This document shows positions 9,151 through 20,556 of a DNA stretch of 46,209 bases, piece after piece (position 1 is the stretch's first letter; each line of letters begins with the position of its first letter). The DNA comes from Methanobrevibacter sp. GTDB taxonomy: Archaea; Methanobacteriota; Methanobacteria; Methanobacteriales; Methanobacteriaceae. Under the pieces are notes generated by a model. That model had not been told where the DNA came from and ran no database searches. It saw only the letters and a list, made by a program, of their open reading frames with translations. The stretch is from the NCBI GenBank assembly GCA_016291275.1, contig JAEEWY010000001.1, positions 1-46,209 on the forward strand, given 5' to 3'. Position numbers and translations under genes: made by a program.

Positions 9151-10628
9151 ATTATCTTATTCCATTAATGGTTGTCATTCCAATATTAGCTGCTTTAATC
9201 GTTAACATATTTGGTGGAAAGGACAAAACCGTTAAGGCCATTTCAATTGTAGTGGCAATTGCAATTCCTATTATTGCAATTCTTGCAGCTGTCGGTATCC
9301 AATACTTCGGTGGTCACGACCCAGCACTTCTTGCAAGTTCACTTCCATCAAATCTTGTAGGCACTCTTGTAGCAAGCTACAATACTGGTATTGTTTATGT
9401 CTTTGAAAATATTGAAAGGATATTCATATTCCTAATGGGCATCGTTGCATTCTTGGCAGTATTGACATACTTCTCTGAGAAAAAGGAAGTGTCTGGCCCT
9501 TACTTATACCTTATATTTATGGGTATAGCATCTGTAACTGCATTGATGTTATCCAACGATATTTTCAATATGTATGTTTTCTTTGAAATTACAGCTTTAA
9601 CCCAAGTGGGTATCATTATAGCTTCAAGCACTGAAGACAATTATGAAATCGCTTTGAAATACTTGATTTTAGGTGCAATAGGCGGACCAATGCTATTGTT
9701 AGGTATTGGATTCATTCTTGGAACAATCGGTTCAGTAAACATCAACGATATTATCTTTGCAATAAGCAACAACTATGTAAACCCTTATGCTCCAAGCTTA
9801 GTGATTGGTTTTGCCTTGATATTGTTTGGATGGCTATATTCAGCAGGATTGCCTCCATTCCACACTATAAAATCAGCTGTTTACTCAAAAGCAAGACCTA
9901 ACGGATCTGCAATATTACAAGGATTTTCAGTATTGTGCATGCTTGCATTCGGTATTGCAATGTACAAGATATTCGCATATATCCCTTACTTCAATACAGC
10001 AATAATCGTATTTGCTATTCTTGCAATGGCTTTAAGCATTGCAATGTCTGCAATGGAAGTAGACTTTAGAAGAATGATAGCATTCCTTGCAGTAGGGGAA
10101 CTTGGATTCATTGCATTAGGTTTTGGTATAGGAACACAATATTCAATTGCAGCAGCATTGTTCCAGGCAGCAAATGAAATTGTCATAACTGCATTATTAT
10201 TTATCGGATTCGGTACAGTGTACTACCTTACAAAAACATCCGATACAAGAAAGTTAGGTGGATTGATTGCAGTTGATTCAAAAATGGCAATAATGGTATT
10301 GCTTGGAGGATTCGCTTTAGCAGGTGTTCCACCATTCAACGGTTTCCAAAGTAAATTGATGCTTGTGCAAGCTGCATTGGATGCAGGATACACTGAACTT
10401 GCAGTTCTTGCAATCATTGTAAGTGTAGTGATATTCTTCACATTCGTTAAGGCATTCCATACAGTATACTTGCAGCCTAAGCCAAAGGACTTGAAGTTTG
10501 CACATGACAAGATTCCAAAGGCTACCGTTTTCTCCGTAGCTGTATTGCTTATAATCTGTTTGGCTTTAGGTATTTTCCCAAATATAGTAACTGATGTATT
10601 CATTCCATTTGCAGGAGGATTGATCTGA
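9147..10628 (+). CDS. ehbF: Ehb subunit F (MnhD/NuoN-like ion-translocating subunit)
   Basis: Motifs [19 protein letters not shown] and [13 protein letters not shown]; polytopic membrane protein. Confidence 0.9.
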   Translation: MNYLIPLMVVIPILAALIVNIFGGKDKTVKAISIVVAIAIPIIAILAAVGIQYFGGHDPALLASSLPSNLVGTLVASYNTGIVYVFENIERIFIFLMGIVAFLAVLTYFSEKKEVSGPYLYLIFMGIASVTALMLSNDIFNMYVFFEITALTQVGIIIASSTEDNYEIALKYLILGAIGGPMLLLGIGFILGTIGSVNINDIIFAISNNYVNPYAPSLVIGFALILFGWLYSAGLPPFHTIKSAVYSKARPNGSAILQGFSVLCMLAFGIAMYKIFAYIPYFNTAIIVFAILAMALSIAMSAMEVDFRRMIAFLAVGELGFIALGFGIGTQYSIAAALFQAANEIVITALLFIGFGTVYYLTKTSDTRKLGGLIAVDSKMAIMVLLGGFALAGVPPFNGFQSKLMLVQAALDAGYTELAVLAIIVSVVIFFTFVKAFHTVYLQPKPKDLKFAHDKIPKATVFSVAVLLIICLALGIFPNIVTDVFIPFAGGLI

Positions 10629-10963
10629 TGGCTTTATATCAAAAATTCCTAGATTCAATTAAAGGACTTAAGTCAAGTTTATCTAAAGACCCTACAACCA
10701 TGGATAATGTTTCAGGTGCAATAGCTGCCGAATTCCTAATATTCGTTTCATTGATTCTTGCAGCATTATTCCTAAGGCATGTCAGTGTAGTTGCCTCAAT
10801 TGTTGTAGTGCTTTTAGTTGCAGTTTTATTCTTTACAAACATGCCTCTTGCAGGAAAGATAAAATCCGAGCAATCAGATTCCTTGGAAAAAATGACATTC
10901 TATGTAGTCATAGTTCTTGGAATTTTAGTTGCAGTAATTTATTGGGGGTTAAAGTATGTCTGA
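10628..10963 (+). CDS. ehbG: Ehb subunit G (membrane)
   Basis: Three hydrophobic segments, translational coupling to ehbF, operon order. Confidence 0.78.
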   Translation: MALYQKFLDSIKGLKSSLSKDPTTMDNVSGAIAAEFLIFVSLILAALFLRHVSVVASIVVVLLVAVLFFTNMPLAGKIKSEQSDSLEKMTFYVVIVLGILVAVIYWGLKYV

Positions 10964-11273
10964 TAAAATTACTAGTATTAGATCACTCATTATGGTATTG
11001 GCAGCAATCATTTTTGCATCAACCTTATTCGATGCAATCTATGGATTCAAGAGCTTGATTCAACCTGGAATAAGCTTGGTTTACAATGCCATTGGAACAC
11101 AGCTTGCTCCAAACATGGTTACTTTAGTCGTATTCGATTGGAGAGCTTTTGATACTTTAGGTGAATCATTGATTCTTGTTACTGCAGTCCTTGTTGTATT
11201 GCTTGTATTCGGTAAAGGAAAGATTTTAGACAAGAACATAAATTCTGATATTAATGAAGGAGATGATGAATGA
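10956..11273 (+). CDS. ehbH: Ehb subunit H
   Basis: [19 protein letters not shown] MnhB/MbhE-like motif. Confidence 0.85.
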   Translation: MSDKITSIRSLIMVLAAIIFASTLFDAIYGFKSLIQPGISLVYNAIGTQLAPNMVTLVVFDWRAFDTLGESLILVTAVLVVLLVFGKGKILDKNINSDINEGDDE

Positions 11274-11782
11274 TGGCTGAAGGAAAAAAATCTCCAAATT
11301 GGAATAAGAATGACAGCAGCCCTATATTGAAGATTATGGCTCTTCCAATAGCTATTGTGATTATCGCTTTAGGTATCATGACCATTTTGGGAGGACACAT
11401 CACTCCTGGTGGAGGTTTCCAAGGTGGAGCTATGATTGCAGGGGCAATCATCTTCTGTGTTATTGTTTATGGTGTAGACGGCACTCCATTGAAATTGTCC
11501 CACAGGTTCATTTCCACTTTAGAATCAATCGGTGCATTGGCTTATGTCTTGATTGGTTTAGCAGGACTTGCATTGACAGGTTCCTACCTTTACAATGTAG
11601 GTGGAAACCTTTATGGACAAGTGCCTCAAGCTATTGCAACATTATTCTCATATCCGGATTTAACCCATGCAGGAATCGTTCCTTACTTGAACATTGCAGT
11701 TGGACTCAAGGTTCTTGTAGGTTTAAGCGCAGTGGTAATTGCATTTTCACAATTTAAGAAATTAGCGGAGGAAGAGGAATGA
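11270..11782 (+). CDS. ehbI: Ehb subunit I (MnhB domain)
   Basis: [12 protein letters not shown] motif. Confidence 0.87.
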   Translation: MMAEGKKSPNWNKNDSSPILKIMALPIAIVIIALGIMTILGGHITPGGGFQGGAMIAGAIIFCVIVYGVDGTPLKLSHRFISTLESIGALAYVLIGLAGLALTGSYLYNVGGNLYGQVPQAIATLFSYPDLTHAGIVPYLNIAVGLKVLVGLSAVVIAFSQFKKLAEEEE

Positions 11783-12054
11783 GTATCGCTAATATTGTAA
11801 TCGGACCGGTTATCATTGCAATCATATTCGGATTCATTGTAGGTTCAAGGGTTCACTTGAATCTGGACAATAGCTTTAAGTTTACAGCAAGTGGAATTAT
11901 AGCCCTTATAATTGGTGCTCTCTTAATGTCTTATGGATTAGGACAATTCCCTGTTTATAATGATGTGCCAATTGCAACCACATTTTTAGGAGCAGTCATT
12001 GGCGTATTGATAGGCAGTGCATTATTAGGAGGACGAGCGAAAGGAGATCATTAG
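11779..12054 (+). CDS. ehbJ: Ehb subunit J (membrane)
   Basis: Small 3-TM protein overlapping the ehbI stop; operon order. Confidence 0.78.
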   Translation: MSIANIVIGPVIIAIIFGFIVGSRVHLNLDNSFKFTASGIIALIIGALLMSYGLGQFPVYNDVPIATTFLGAVIGVLIGSALLGGRAKGDH

Positions 12055-12099
12055 ATATGGGATTTTTAATGGTCTTACTTATTATTTAGGAGAAGAATC

Positions 12100-13548
12100 A
12101 TGTATTTAACAACTAATAAGTGTGATGGACAAGGAGATTGTATAAGAAATTGTCCAAGTGAAGCAATACGCTTTGTTGATAATAAGGCTTTTAGCTGTAT
12201 GTGTTGTGGTGCTTGTTTCGAAGCTTGTCCAAATCATGCTATATTCAAGAACAAATACGGAGGATATGTGGTAGATAGGGCAAAATGTAATGGTTGTGGT
12301 GTTTGTGAATTCACTTGCCCTATAGAAAGCATTCATCTTGATGATGGAATAGTTAAAGGTATCTGTTCACGTTGTGGTGTTTGTGAAGATGTCTGTACTA
12401 AAAAGGCAAGAGTGGATACCGATAACCTTGTTCTAGACAAGCAGAAAGTCTTGCTCAATTCATTGAAAATGGTTGCAAACACAGTGGGATTCGGTGCAGG
12501 AGTCAAGAAGATAGAGAGCATGAAGCTTCCTGTAAAATCCGACAAGACCGCTGACAGGATTTGCATCAGCACCGATAGCGAGAAATGTGTGAAATGTGGA
12601 AGATGTGCTTACTACTGTCCTACCAGATCAATTGAAGTGATTATACAGGATGAAGGATACTGTGTAGGCTGTAAGGTATGTGAAGATGTCTGTCCTACAG
12701 GTGCATTGAAAGATGGTGAGTATGATAAGAGCATTTGTACCTTGTGCTTGGCTTGTGTTGAAAACTGTATCAATGATGCATTATGTGTTGATGACTTTAA
12801 GATAAAAAGAAGCATTAAGGATGACACCTTGTATTCAAATGCTGAAGGAAGCATTGTAAGTTGCCTTAATTGCGGATTATGTAAAGAGACATTTGATAGC
12901 CCAGCACTCATCAGGGATGAGAATGCATTGAGATATGACCCTTCACTTGATGAGGATACTGAAGAGAATAAGGCTAAACGTCTTGAAGCGATTTACAACT
13001 GTCCTGTTTCATCATTAACAGAAAGCGAAGACAATAAGCTCTTTGGATACTGTGTATCCTGTGGAAAATGTGTTAATGAATGTAAGGAAGAGGCAAGAAG
13101 CTTCCAAGTAATCTCTTGGGATGGGGAAGTCAGTGATGACTGCATTTCATGCGGTATATGTGCTGAACTTTGTCCAGAGGATGCAATAACCCTTCAAAGA
13201 GGGGCAATCAATGTTGACTTGGATAAATGTATCATGTGTGAAACCTGTGCAATTCACTGTCCTAAGGATGCAATTCCAAAAACAACAAGTGTCAAGTATG
13301 AAATCTCTGGAGGATTCAATTACATTGATGATAACTTGTGTGTAAAATGCGGATTATGCAAGGACATTTGTCCAGAGGAAGCGATTTATACAGTTGAAAT
13401 TCCAAGTGATGAAGTCAATCTCGGAACAAAGAACAAGAATCTTAAATTCGTTGTCGATGACGATAAATGTATTTACTGTGGAGCATGTATGAATATCTGC
13501 CCATCTAAGTCATTTATTTTCGAAAGAGAGTTTGAAAGGGTGAATTAG
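12100..13548 (+). CDS. ehbK: Ehb subunit K, polyferredoxin
   Basis: More than ten CxxCxxCxxxC(P) motifs; AGGAG SD upstream. Confidence 0.9.
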   Translation: MYLTTNKCDGQGDCIRNCPSEAIRFVDNKAFSCMCCGACFEACPNHAIFKNKYGGYVVDRAKCNGCGVCEFTCPIESIHLDDGIVKGICSRCGVCEDVCTKKARVDTDNLVLDKQKVLLNSLKMVANTVGFGAGVKKIESMKLPVKSDKTADRICISTDSEKCVKCGRCAYYCPTRSIEVIIQDEGYCVGCKVCEDVCPTGALKDGEYDKSICTLCLACVENCINDALCVDDFKIKRSIKDDTLYSNAEGSIVSCLNCGLCKETFDSPALIRDENALRYDPSLDEDTEENKAKRLEAIYNCPVSSLTESEDNKLFGYCVSCGKCVNECKEEARSFQVISWDGEVSDDCISCGICAELCPEDAITLQRGAINVDLDKCIMCETCAIHCPKDAIPKTTSVKYEISGGFNYIDDNLCVKCGLCKDICPEEAIYTVEIPSDEVNLGTKNKNLKFVVDDDKCIYCGACMNICPSKSFIFEREFERVN

Positions 13549-13561
13549 GAGTTTGATATTT

Positions 13562-14224
13562 ATGAAAGATGTATTGAAGATTATGCTTAATGGAGCTTAC
13601 ACTAATTTCAAAAGAATTCTCTTTGCTGCAGACAGAGTGACTGACATGGAACTCCGTAATGCCATCTTGACAGGAACAGTTGAGCCTGATAAGAAGGTGG
13701 ATGAGGAAGCATGTATCGGTTGTGGAGGTTGTGCAAATGTCTGTCCAACCGGTGCAGTTACTATGAAACCTCTGCAAAACCCTGTAAAGCTTAAGGAAGG
13801 ATGGGTGAAAACCGAAGTTCCGGAACTTGATCCTTTAAAATGTGTAGTTTGCTATTGGTGTCACGATTTCTGTCCAATCTATTCATTCTTTGAAGAGGCA
13901 GGAACAATTCACCCGGGTAATGTTGGTGAAATCAATGTTGACACAAGCGAACTCTTAGAGGAACCTATCAAGATATCCCATGACAAGATTGCATTCATTG
14001 CACAATACTTGTCCGACAGGTCATTACTCTCTGAAAATATTGTTCAAGAGGATGAGAAAATTGAAAATGTTGGTGTAGCTCTTGATAAGGTATCCAAGAT
14101 AAAGGACATTCAAGATAACATTAATGAAAAGTATGAGAAAGATGTTCAACGAAGCGCTGAATTGAATGAAGAGGTTTCAGATGCTAAAATTGATGAAGTT
14201 TCTGAAGATGAGGGAGGTGAATAG
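13562..14224 (+). CDS. ehbL: Ehb subunit L, 2[4Fe-4S] ferredoxin-like (NuoI-like)
   Basis: [12 protein letters not shown] and [15 protein letters not shown] 13562 is preferred over TTG 13553. Confidence 0.87.
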   Translation: MKDVLKIMLNGAYTNFKRILFAADRVTDMELRNAILTGTVEPDKKVDEEACIGCGGCANVCPTGAVTMKPLQNPVKLKEGWVKTEVPELDPLKCVVCYWCHDFCPIYSFFEEAGTIHPGNVGEINVDTSELLEEPIKISHDKIAFIAQYLSDRSLLSENIVQEDEKIENVGVALDKVSKIKDIQDNINEKYEKDVQRSAELNEEVSDAKIDEVSEDEGGE

Positions 14225-14671
14225 ATGAGTCTTAAAACACTTTCAAGGTCAAAAGCAATCCATATTATGCTTGTTTATACTGGTGGATGCAATGGCTGTG
14301 ATATTGAAATTGTAAATGCAGTTTTATCTCCTAAATTTGATATAGAGCAATATGGTGTCTTTTTAACATGGAACCCTCGTGAAGCGGACATTCTTGTTGT
14401 AACCGGACCTGTCACTCATGACAATAGAAAGCCATTGGAGGATATCTATAATGCCATTCCAAATCCAAAGCTTGTTGTTGCAGCAGGCGCTTGTGCAGTG
14501 ATGGGTGGTGTCTATAAGAATTGTTATGGAGACATTCCTTCAGAGGAAATCGAAGGGCCTGTTGAAAATGTGATTCCTGTTGATGCTAAGATTCCAGGAT
14601 GTGCTGTAAGGCCTCAAGATGTATTGGCAGGAGTAGTTGCATCTTTGCCGCATTTATTGAATGCGGACTAA
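14225..14671 (+). CDS. ehbM: Ehb subunit M, [NiFe]-hydrogenase small subunit
   Basis: Motifs [28 protein letters not shown] and IPGC. Confidence 0.92.
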   Translation: MSLKTLSRSKAIHIMLVYTGGCNGCDIEIVNAVLSPKFDIEQYGVFLTWNPREADILVVTGPVTHDNRKPLEDIYNAIPNPKLVVAAGACAVMGGVYKNCYGDIPSEEIEGPVENVIPVDAKIPGCAVRPQDVLAGVVASLPHLLNAD

Positions 14672-14721
14672 TAGGTGGATTTAAGAGATGATTTTTATTT
14701 ATTCATTAAAGGGATGATGAA

Positions 14722-15897
14722 ATGGAAGAAAAGAAAGCTAAAAAGCAGGAAATCATAGAAACTGAGATTCAAATGGGTACAGTTCACCCTGCTGCTTTAG
14801 AACCTTATAGGGTTAGATTTTTCGTAGAAGATGAGATCATTAAGGATGCGGAAATCACAATTGGTGTAAACCACAGAGGTATTGAGCGTATTATGGAAGG
14901 TCTTCCAGTTGAAAAGGCAAATATGCTTACAGAAAAGATTTGTGGTATCTGTTCAAACTCACATACATGGAACTCTGTAAGAACTGCTGAGAAAGGTCTT
15001 GGCGTTGAAGTGCCTGACAGAGCGGTTTATATTCGTGTAATCGTTGGAGAGCTTGAAAGATTGCACAGTCACTTATTGTACTTAGGTCACGGTTGCGAAA
15101 CCTTGGCTCATGAAACATTCTCCATGAGAGTTTTCTTCATTAGGGAAACCATTATGGAACTTTTGGGAATGATTGGAGGAAACCGTGTCCAATACGGCTG
15201 TTCCATCATCGGTGGTGTAAGGCCAAGATGTGAATTGGATGACAATAGAATCCGCAGAATATTGGATGGAATGGACTTGGTGGAAAAGAATGTTGCAGAC
15301 TTTGCAGACAGATTTGTTCATGATTCAATTGTATTGTCAAGGATTACCGGCACAGGTTACATTCCACAGGAACAGGCAATTAAATTAGCTTGCAGTGGCC
15401 CTACCTTACGTGCTACTGGTGTGAAAAGGGACTTGAGAACAGACATGTATGAGTATGATAACTTTGATTATGATATTATCACTCAAGATACCTGTGATGT
15501 GAAAGCTCAGCTTCTTATGAGAGTCTTTGAAATATTTGAAGCAATCAAGATAATTCGTCAAGCTATCAGAGACTTGCCTGAAGGAAAGATAACTGACAGG
15601 TCTTGGGAAATGGTTGACACCGGCTTGATTGAAAGCTATATTGAAGTTCCAAGGGGAACATTGTATCACTCCTATGCAATTGAGGATGGAAGAGTGCGTC
15701 ATTCTATAATTAGGACCCCTTCCATGAGTAATATTGGAGCTATGCAATACGCTTGCATTGACAATCACATCACTGATGGTCAGTTATGTATTGTACAGTG
15801 TGATCCATGCTTTACCTGTTCCGATAGGGCAATAGAGGTTTATGATACAAACAATAACAAGTTGGATAAATCAATTTTGAAATCCAATATTCATTAG
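14722..15897 (+). CDS. ehbN: Ehb subunit N, group 4 [NiFe]-hydrogenase large subunit
   Basis: L1 motif [11 protein letters not shown]2 motif DPCFTCSDR, plus ELERLHSHL and EVPRG. Confidence 0.94.
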   Translation: MEEKKAKKQEIIETEIQMGTVHPAALEPYRVRFFVEDEIIKDAEITIGVNHRGIERIMEGLPVEKANMLTEKICGICSNSHTWNSVRTAEKGLGVEVPDRAVYIRVIVGELERLHSHLLYLGHGCETLAHETFSMRVFFIRETIMELLGMIGGNRVQYGCSIIGGVRPRCELDDNRIRRILDGMDLVEKNVADFADRFVHDSIVLSRITGTGYIPQEQAIKLACSGPTLRATGVKRDLRTDMYEYDNFDYDIITQDTCDVKAQLLMRVFEIFEAIKIIRQAIRDLPEGKITDRSWEMVDTGLIESYIEVPRGTLYHSYAIEDGRVRHSIIRTPSMSNIGAMQYACIDNHITDGQLCIVQCDPCFTCSDRAIEVYDTNNNKLDKSILKSNIH

Positions 15898-16006
15898 AAA
15901 TTTAAGTAGAATTGGGTCAATAAAATGATATCCAATATTCATTAAAAATTAAATTATTCAAATTTACGTTTAACGGTTAATTAAAAATTATTATGAGGAA
16001 AGAGAA

Positions 16007-17005
16007 ATGGCTTATGAAATATCACTTATTTCAATTTTAGAGGTTATCCTAACACTTATCATAGCATTATTCATAGGTGTTTTGATTCCTGGAATTGAAA
16101 GGAAATATGTTCAAGCAAGGATTCAGCAAAGAATCGGGCCTCCAGTTACAAGTCCTGGGCTATGGGCATCAATAAAGTTCCTGTTCAAGGAGAACATAAA
16201 ACCTAACTCTCCAGCACCAGGATTATATAAGGCAATGCCTATCTTATGTTTCATTGCAGTACTCGCAGTATTCTTGGCATTGATGCCAGAGAATTATCAG
16301 TTCATGGCTTTCGCTAGCTTAATAGCTATTGTTGGATTCTTAAAAGTTGAAGAAATCGCTTATGTTTTAATGGGTTCCTTATCCAAATCAGTAATGAGCA
16401 TTAACTTAAGGTTCCCAGACCATGCAAAAGGTGCTGAAAGACAAGGATTGCTTGTATCATCCATTGAAGACATCAGTTCAAACAGATCACTTAGGATGAT
16501 CATCTTCGGTTCATTCCCATTGTATTTGGCTTTATTCATACCTGCAGCATTATCCAAAAGCATTTACTTGGCTGATATTGTAGCTTATCAGCAAGCTAAC
16601 GGACCGTTCCTATTCACTTTAGCAGGTATTATCGGAACTGTTGTGTTCTTTATTGGATACATGATTCTATTGAATGAATATCCATTCTCCTACATCAAGG
16701 CTAAATCAGATGTAATTGAAGGGCCATATATGGAACTTGCTTCCAAATACAGAACTTTTGTTTACTTAACCAGAGGATTCCTGATATTCACTTTAGGTTT
16801 AATGTATTGTGTATTGTTCTTAGGTGTTGCACCGGAACTCTTCTCACTTAAATTCATTGTATGCATTATCGTATCATTGTTGCTTCCTGTCATTATGGCA
16901 ATTGTCAGTGCATTCTCCCCAATATTCACCAATAGGCAATTATATCCTACAATATTGGTGACTTCTGCACTTGGAGTATTGGCTATGGTCATTGCATTAT
17001 TCTAA
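16007..17005 (+). CDS. ehbO: Ehb subunit O (NuoH-like membrane subunit)
   Basis: Motifs GIERKYVQARIQQRIGPP and GPYME; polytopic. Confidence 0.9.
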   Translation: MAYEISLISILEVILTLIIALFIGVLIPGIERKYVQARIQQRIGPPVTSPGLWASIKFLFKENIKPNSPAPGLYKAMPILCFIAVLAVFLALMPENYQFMAFASLIAIVGFLKVEEIAYVLMGSLSKSVMSINLRFPDHAKGAERQGLLVSSIEDISSNRSLRMIIFGSFPLYLALFIPAALSKSIYLADIVAYQQANGPFLFTLAGIIGTVVFFIGYMILLNEYPFSYIKAKSDVIEGPYMELASKYRTFVYLTRGFLIFTLGLMYCVLFLGVAPELFSLKFIVCIIVSLLLPVIMAIVSAFSPIFTNRQLYPTILVTSALGVLAMVIALF

Positions 17006-17026
17006 ATTTTAACGTGGTGATTTTAT

Positions 17027-17290
17027 ATGAAATTCGTAATCAGACCTTATCATATCATGAGTCTTGGAGGATACATTGTGGAATATGATTTCCCTTACAG
17101 GGATTTGATTATTGTAAATGAAACTCCAGACGATATTAAGTTTGAGATTCCAGTGTTTGACGGATCTTACATTGAAGAGTATGAAAAGTTAGGTCTTAAG
17201 GTTATTCCTGTCAGCGAACATGACAGCTATTTAAACTTATATAAGAAAGCGCATGCGGAATTAGATGCGTTAAAGGCTAAATTGGATTAA
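17027..17290 (+). CDS. ehbP: Ehb subunit P
   Basis: MKFVIRPYHIMSLGGYIVE resembles EhbP; position after ehbO; GGTGA SD. Confidence 0.82.
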   Translation: MKFVIRPYHIMSLGGYIVEYDFPYRDLIIVNETPDDIKFEIPVFDGSYIEEYEKLGLKVIPVSEHDSYLNLYKKAHAELDALKAKLD

Positions 17291-17435
17291 TTGGAGATAA
17301 CTTCATATTTTCCTCATAAATAAAATTTTAAAAAATTTTATCTTCAATTATCCTTTTTAGCGTTTTTTTATTTTTATTTTGAGTTTAAGATAATCTTTAA
17401 ATAATTGAATATTTTAAGTATTATTAGGTAATATT

Positions 17436-18095
17436 ATGAATAGTATTTCTTTAACAATTACAACTAAAGAAGAGAAAGGAGTTCTTGATGAGATAACAGA
17501 CATTCTTTCAAGTCATGGAATCAATATTTCCTATGTTCATCTATACGTAAATGATGATGTTGGGACATTGAATCTTGAGCTTGATCATGTTGAGAAACTC
17601 GATGAATTAATCGAAGACTTAGAGTCTAAGGACTTTATTTTAGACATTGAAATTCATGGTTCCTTAAATGACATTTTCGGTAAAAGGGTTCTTATTTTCG
17701 GTGGCGGAGCTCAAGTATCTCAAGTTGCAGTTGGAGCTATTACAGAAGCAGATAGGCATAATATACGTGGAGAGCGTATAAGTGTGGATACTATTCCTTT
17801 AGTTGGCGAAGAGAATATTGCAGAAGCAGTAGATGCAGTAAACAGATTGCCTCGTGTTGGTGTGCTTGTTCTTGCAGGATCCCTGATGGGTGGAAAGATC
17901 ACTGAAACTGTAAGAAAGTTAAAGGAAAAGCATGAGGACTTGATTGTCATCACTTTGAACATGCCTGGAAGTGTAACAGATGAAGCCGATTTGATTGTTA
18001 CAGACCCAATTCAAGCTGGTGTAATGGCAGTTATGGCAGTTGCAAGCACTGCAGTATTTGATGTAAAAAGATTAGCAAACAATAATAAGTTCTAA
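17436..18095 (+). CDS. ehbQ: EhbQ, ACT-domain protein (DUF5612-like)
   Basis: N-terminal ACT-like domain and conserved [22 protein letters not shown]; last gene of the cluster. Confidence 0.78.
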   Translation: MNSISLTITTKEEKGVLDEITDILSSHGINISYVHLYVNDDVGTLNLELDHVEKLDELIEDLESKDFILDIEIHGSLNDIFGKRVLIFGGGAQVSQVAVGAITEADRHNIRGERISVDTIPLVGEENIAEAVDAVNRLPRVGVLVLAGSLMGGKITETVRKLKEKHEDLIVITLNMPGSVTDEADLIVTDPIQAGVMAVMAVASTAVFDVKRLANNNKF

Positions 18096-18227
18096 TTATT
18101 TTCATTATTCTTTTTTAACATAAGATTTATTAGTCTATTTGACTAATATTATTCTATACTTTTATTTTTGATATTTTATCAAAAATTCTTATTTTTTATT
18201 ATATTTTATTTTATGGATGTGTTTTGA

Positions 18228-18962
18228 ATTACTAGAAAAGAAAAGTTTGTGCATGGTTTAAGGTTAGGTATTCCAATCACATTTGGATACATTCCAATGG
18301 GAATCGGATATGCCGCTTTAGCTATTAAGGCAGGGCTGACTCCATTTGAGACAGTTTCAATGTCTGTACTTATTTATGCAGGTGCCGGACAGATCATGAT
18401 AGCTACCATGTTGGCTCAAGGAGCCACTCTTTTCAATATTGTATTAACTTCATTTGTGCTTAATTTCAGATATTTTGTAATGAACACATGCATTTACAAC
18501 AAGGTTGATGACGCTTCCCTTGCCGTTAGAATACCTTCGTCTCACCTTGCTGTTGATGAAGCCTTTGCAATGTTCATGCTAATGGAAGAGTCTTCCATAT
18601 GGACTTATATAGGTCTTGCAGGAATTGCATGGCTGTCTTGGATCTTTGGAGCAATCATTGGTGTTATAGTCTTGAATGTGCTTCCTATAATTGTTGCAAA
18701 CAGTTTCAATATTTCCTTATATGCTTTATTTGTAGCACTATTAGTTCCTGCAGTTAAGGAAAGTAAGGAATTGGCTATTTTAGTTGTAATAACTGCTATT
18801 TTAAATGTTGTATTGCAGTTCTTCATTGGAAATTGGTCATTAATTATAGCTATTCTTTTAGGTGCTCTCATTGGAATGTATATAGTTGATGATGATACTG
18901 TTTTAGGGGATGCCTATAAGACAGCTGATGAGACTTGCAGTAATAAGGAGGTGCAACAATGA
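18228..18962 (+). CDS. azlC: AzlC family branched-chain amino acid exporter, large subunit
   Basis: Motifs PITFGYIPMGIGY, MSVLIYAGAGQ, LNFRY and DEAFA. Start is either GTG 18249 or ATT 18228. Confidence 0.88.
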   Translation: MTRKEKFVHGLRLGIPITFGYIPMGIGYAALAIKAGLTPFETVSMSVLIYAGAGQIMIATMLAQGATLFNIVLTSFVLNFRYFVMNTCIYNKVDDASLAVRIPSSHLAVDEAFAMFMLMEESSIWTYIGLAGIAWLSWIFGAIIGVIVLNVLPIIVANSFNISLYALFVALLVPAVKESKELAILVVITAILNVVLQFFIGNWSLIIAILLGALIGMYIVDDDTVLGDAYKTADETCSNKEVQQ

Positions 18963-19282
18963 ATATTACTTTACTCATTATTCTTTGTGCACTTGTTACC
19001 TTCATTCCAAGGGTAATTCCAGCAATCTTTATGGAAAGATTGAATTTCTCTCCAAAATTCGAGAAATTCTTGAATCTGATTCCATACACTGCACTTGCTG
19101 CACTTATTTGTCCTGGTGTGTTGACTGTAGACCCTGATTTATGGTACATAGGCCTAATTGGAGCGGTAATTGCAGGAGTTTTAGCTTGGAAAAAGGTGCC
19201 TCTTGGGGCTATTGTCATTATTACTGTGATTGTTTTGATTGCAGTTTACTTAATGGTGCCGTTTTTCCCAGTTTTAATTTAA
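18959..19282 (+). CDS. azlD: AzlD domain protein
   Basis: VTFIPRVIP and IPYTALAALI; ATGA overlap with azlC. Confidence 0.85.
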   Translation: MNITLLIILCALVTFIPRVIPAIFMERLNFSPKFEKFLNLIPYTALAALICPGVLTVDPDLWYIGLIGAVIAGVLAWKKVPLGAIVIITVIVLIAVYLMVPFFPVLI

Positions 19283-19301
19283 TTCTTTTATTTTTCTTTT
19301 T

Positions 19302-20177
19302 TTAGCTATTATCACACAGCTCCTTATATTCACAATTTTCACACTTTTTCAATCCAGTTTTAACTGTAGGTATTTCACCATTTTCAACTATCTTGTTCAC
19401 ACTGGTCAAGACTTTAAAAAAGCTTTTTCTTGCATCTGTATCTATTATTACAGCTCTTCTATCAGCTATTTTCAAGTAATCAATGTATGCCACTGTAACA
19501 TATGTGTTGAATTCCTGTTCTATTAGAAGTGCATTAGCTATTGCTTCCATGAAATCACCATCCCAAACTCCATTTATTGGAGGATTTGATGATTTCAGTG
19601 ATATTGGGAAGTAATTTCCCTTTTCTACTTCAATCTTATCGATAACTCCGATTAGATCTAAACCGATATCTCTTATTAGATAGTTATACATGCTGGTTGG
19701 GAAAAACAGGTTTTGAATTTCACCACCATCCTTATCAAGAACTTTCATGGATTGGGATACTTTTAGAGAAAGTATTTTGATATTTAGGTTTATTTCATTG
19801 ATTAGTTCTTTTTTTAGTTCTTTTAGGCTATCGTTTTCTTTTTCTTTCTTTTCTTCATCAATGAATTCTATCTCTTCATCCTTTTTCAAGTTGCTTTCAT
19901 CTATATCTTCTTTATCATTTATCTCTTCGATAATTTCAAATGTAGTTTTAACCTGATTGCTTATTCCAATTGAAAGTCTCTTTTCTATTTCATTCTCATC
20001 CATGCCCTTCTTAATGTGTCTTAAGTTTTTATGAAGAATGTCTTGTATGTCTATTCTAAGATCCTTTAATGTTTTTGATATAAAGTAATCCTCTTCCACA
20101 TCTTCATCAATATTGCTTTGGAAATACAATTTCAAAGGACAAAACATATAACTTTTGATTGTAGATACACTTATCAT
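19302..20177 (-). CDS. Stand-alone Cas4/RecB-like PD-(D/E)XK family protein with four Fe-S cysteines
   Basis: N-terminal YMFCP, central LIGVIDKI...SLK and C-terminal CENCEYKELC. No other cas genes or array in the window. Confidence 0.82.
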   Translation of the reverse strand: MISVSTIKSYMFCPLKLYFQSNIDEDVEEDYFISKTLKDLRIDIQDILHKNLRHIKKGMDENEIEKRLSIGISNQVKTTFEIIEEINDKEDIDESNLKKDEEIEFIDEEKKEKENDSLKELKKELINEINLNIKILSLKVSQSMKVLDKDGGEIQNLFFPTSMYNYLIRDIGLDLIGVIDKIEVEKGNYFPISLKSSNPPINGVWDGDFMEAIANALLIEQEFNTYVTVAYIDYLKIADRRAVIIDTDARKSFFKVLTSVNKIVENGEIPTVKTGLKKCENCEYKELCDNS

Positions 20178-20556
20178 ATTTTTAACTCCATATTATTTCT
20201 GTGGATTAGTCTTTGTTTTTTATATAATAAATAATATGCAGTTATTTTTGATTATAATTTGTTAAAAATAATTTATTTTATTAAATAATTGTAATTATTC
20301 ATTTTTATTAGAATTTAAGAGTTTTAAATCAATTTTTATCTTAGGTTGAAAAATTGATTTTAGGTAGTGATTTTTCATACATTTTAATTATAAAAACGGT
20401 TAATTAAAATGATGTTTGTTATGTATAATTAGTTAATTTTAATTCGTTTTTTAAAAATAGTTTAATTTATATTAAAATTATAAAAATTGTTTTGAATGTA
20501 GATAGATAAATTTAATTAAAAATAGTAAAAAATAAAAAAATAAATAAGAAATCCAG

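Noticed and set aside
7389-18095. Mrp/Mnh antiporter fused with a novel hydrogenase
   Set aside because: Gene number and order match the known Ehb operon of Methanobacteriales.
19302-20556. CRISPR-Cas locus suggested by the Cas4-like gene
   Set aside because: No cas1/cas2 or effector genes and no repeat-spacer array in the window. The 11-bp and 18-bp repeats have no spacers.
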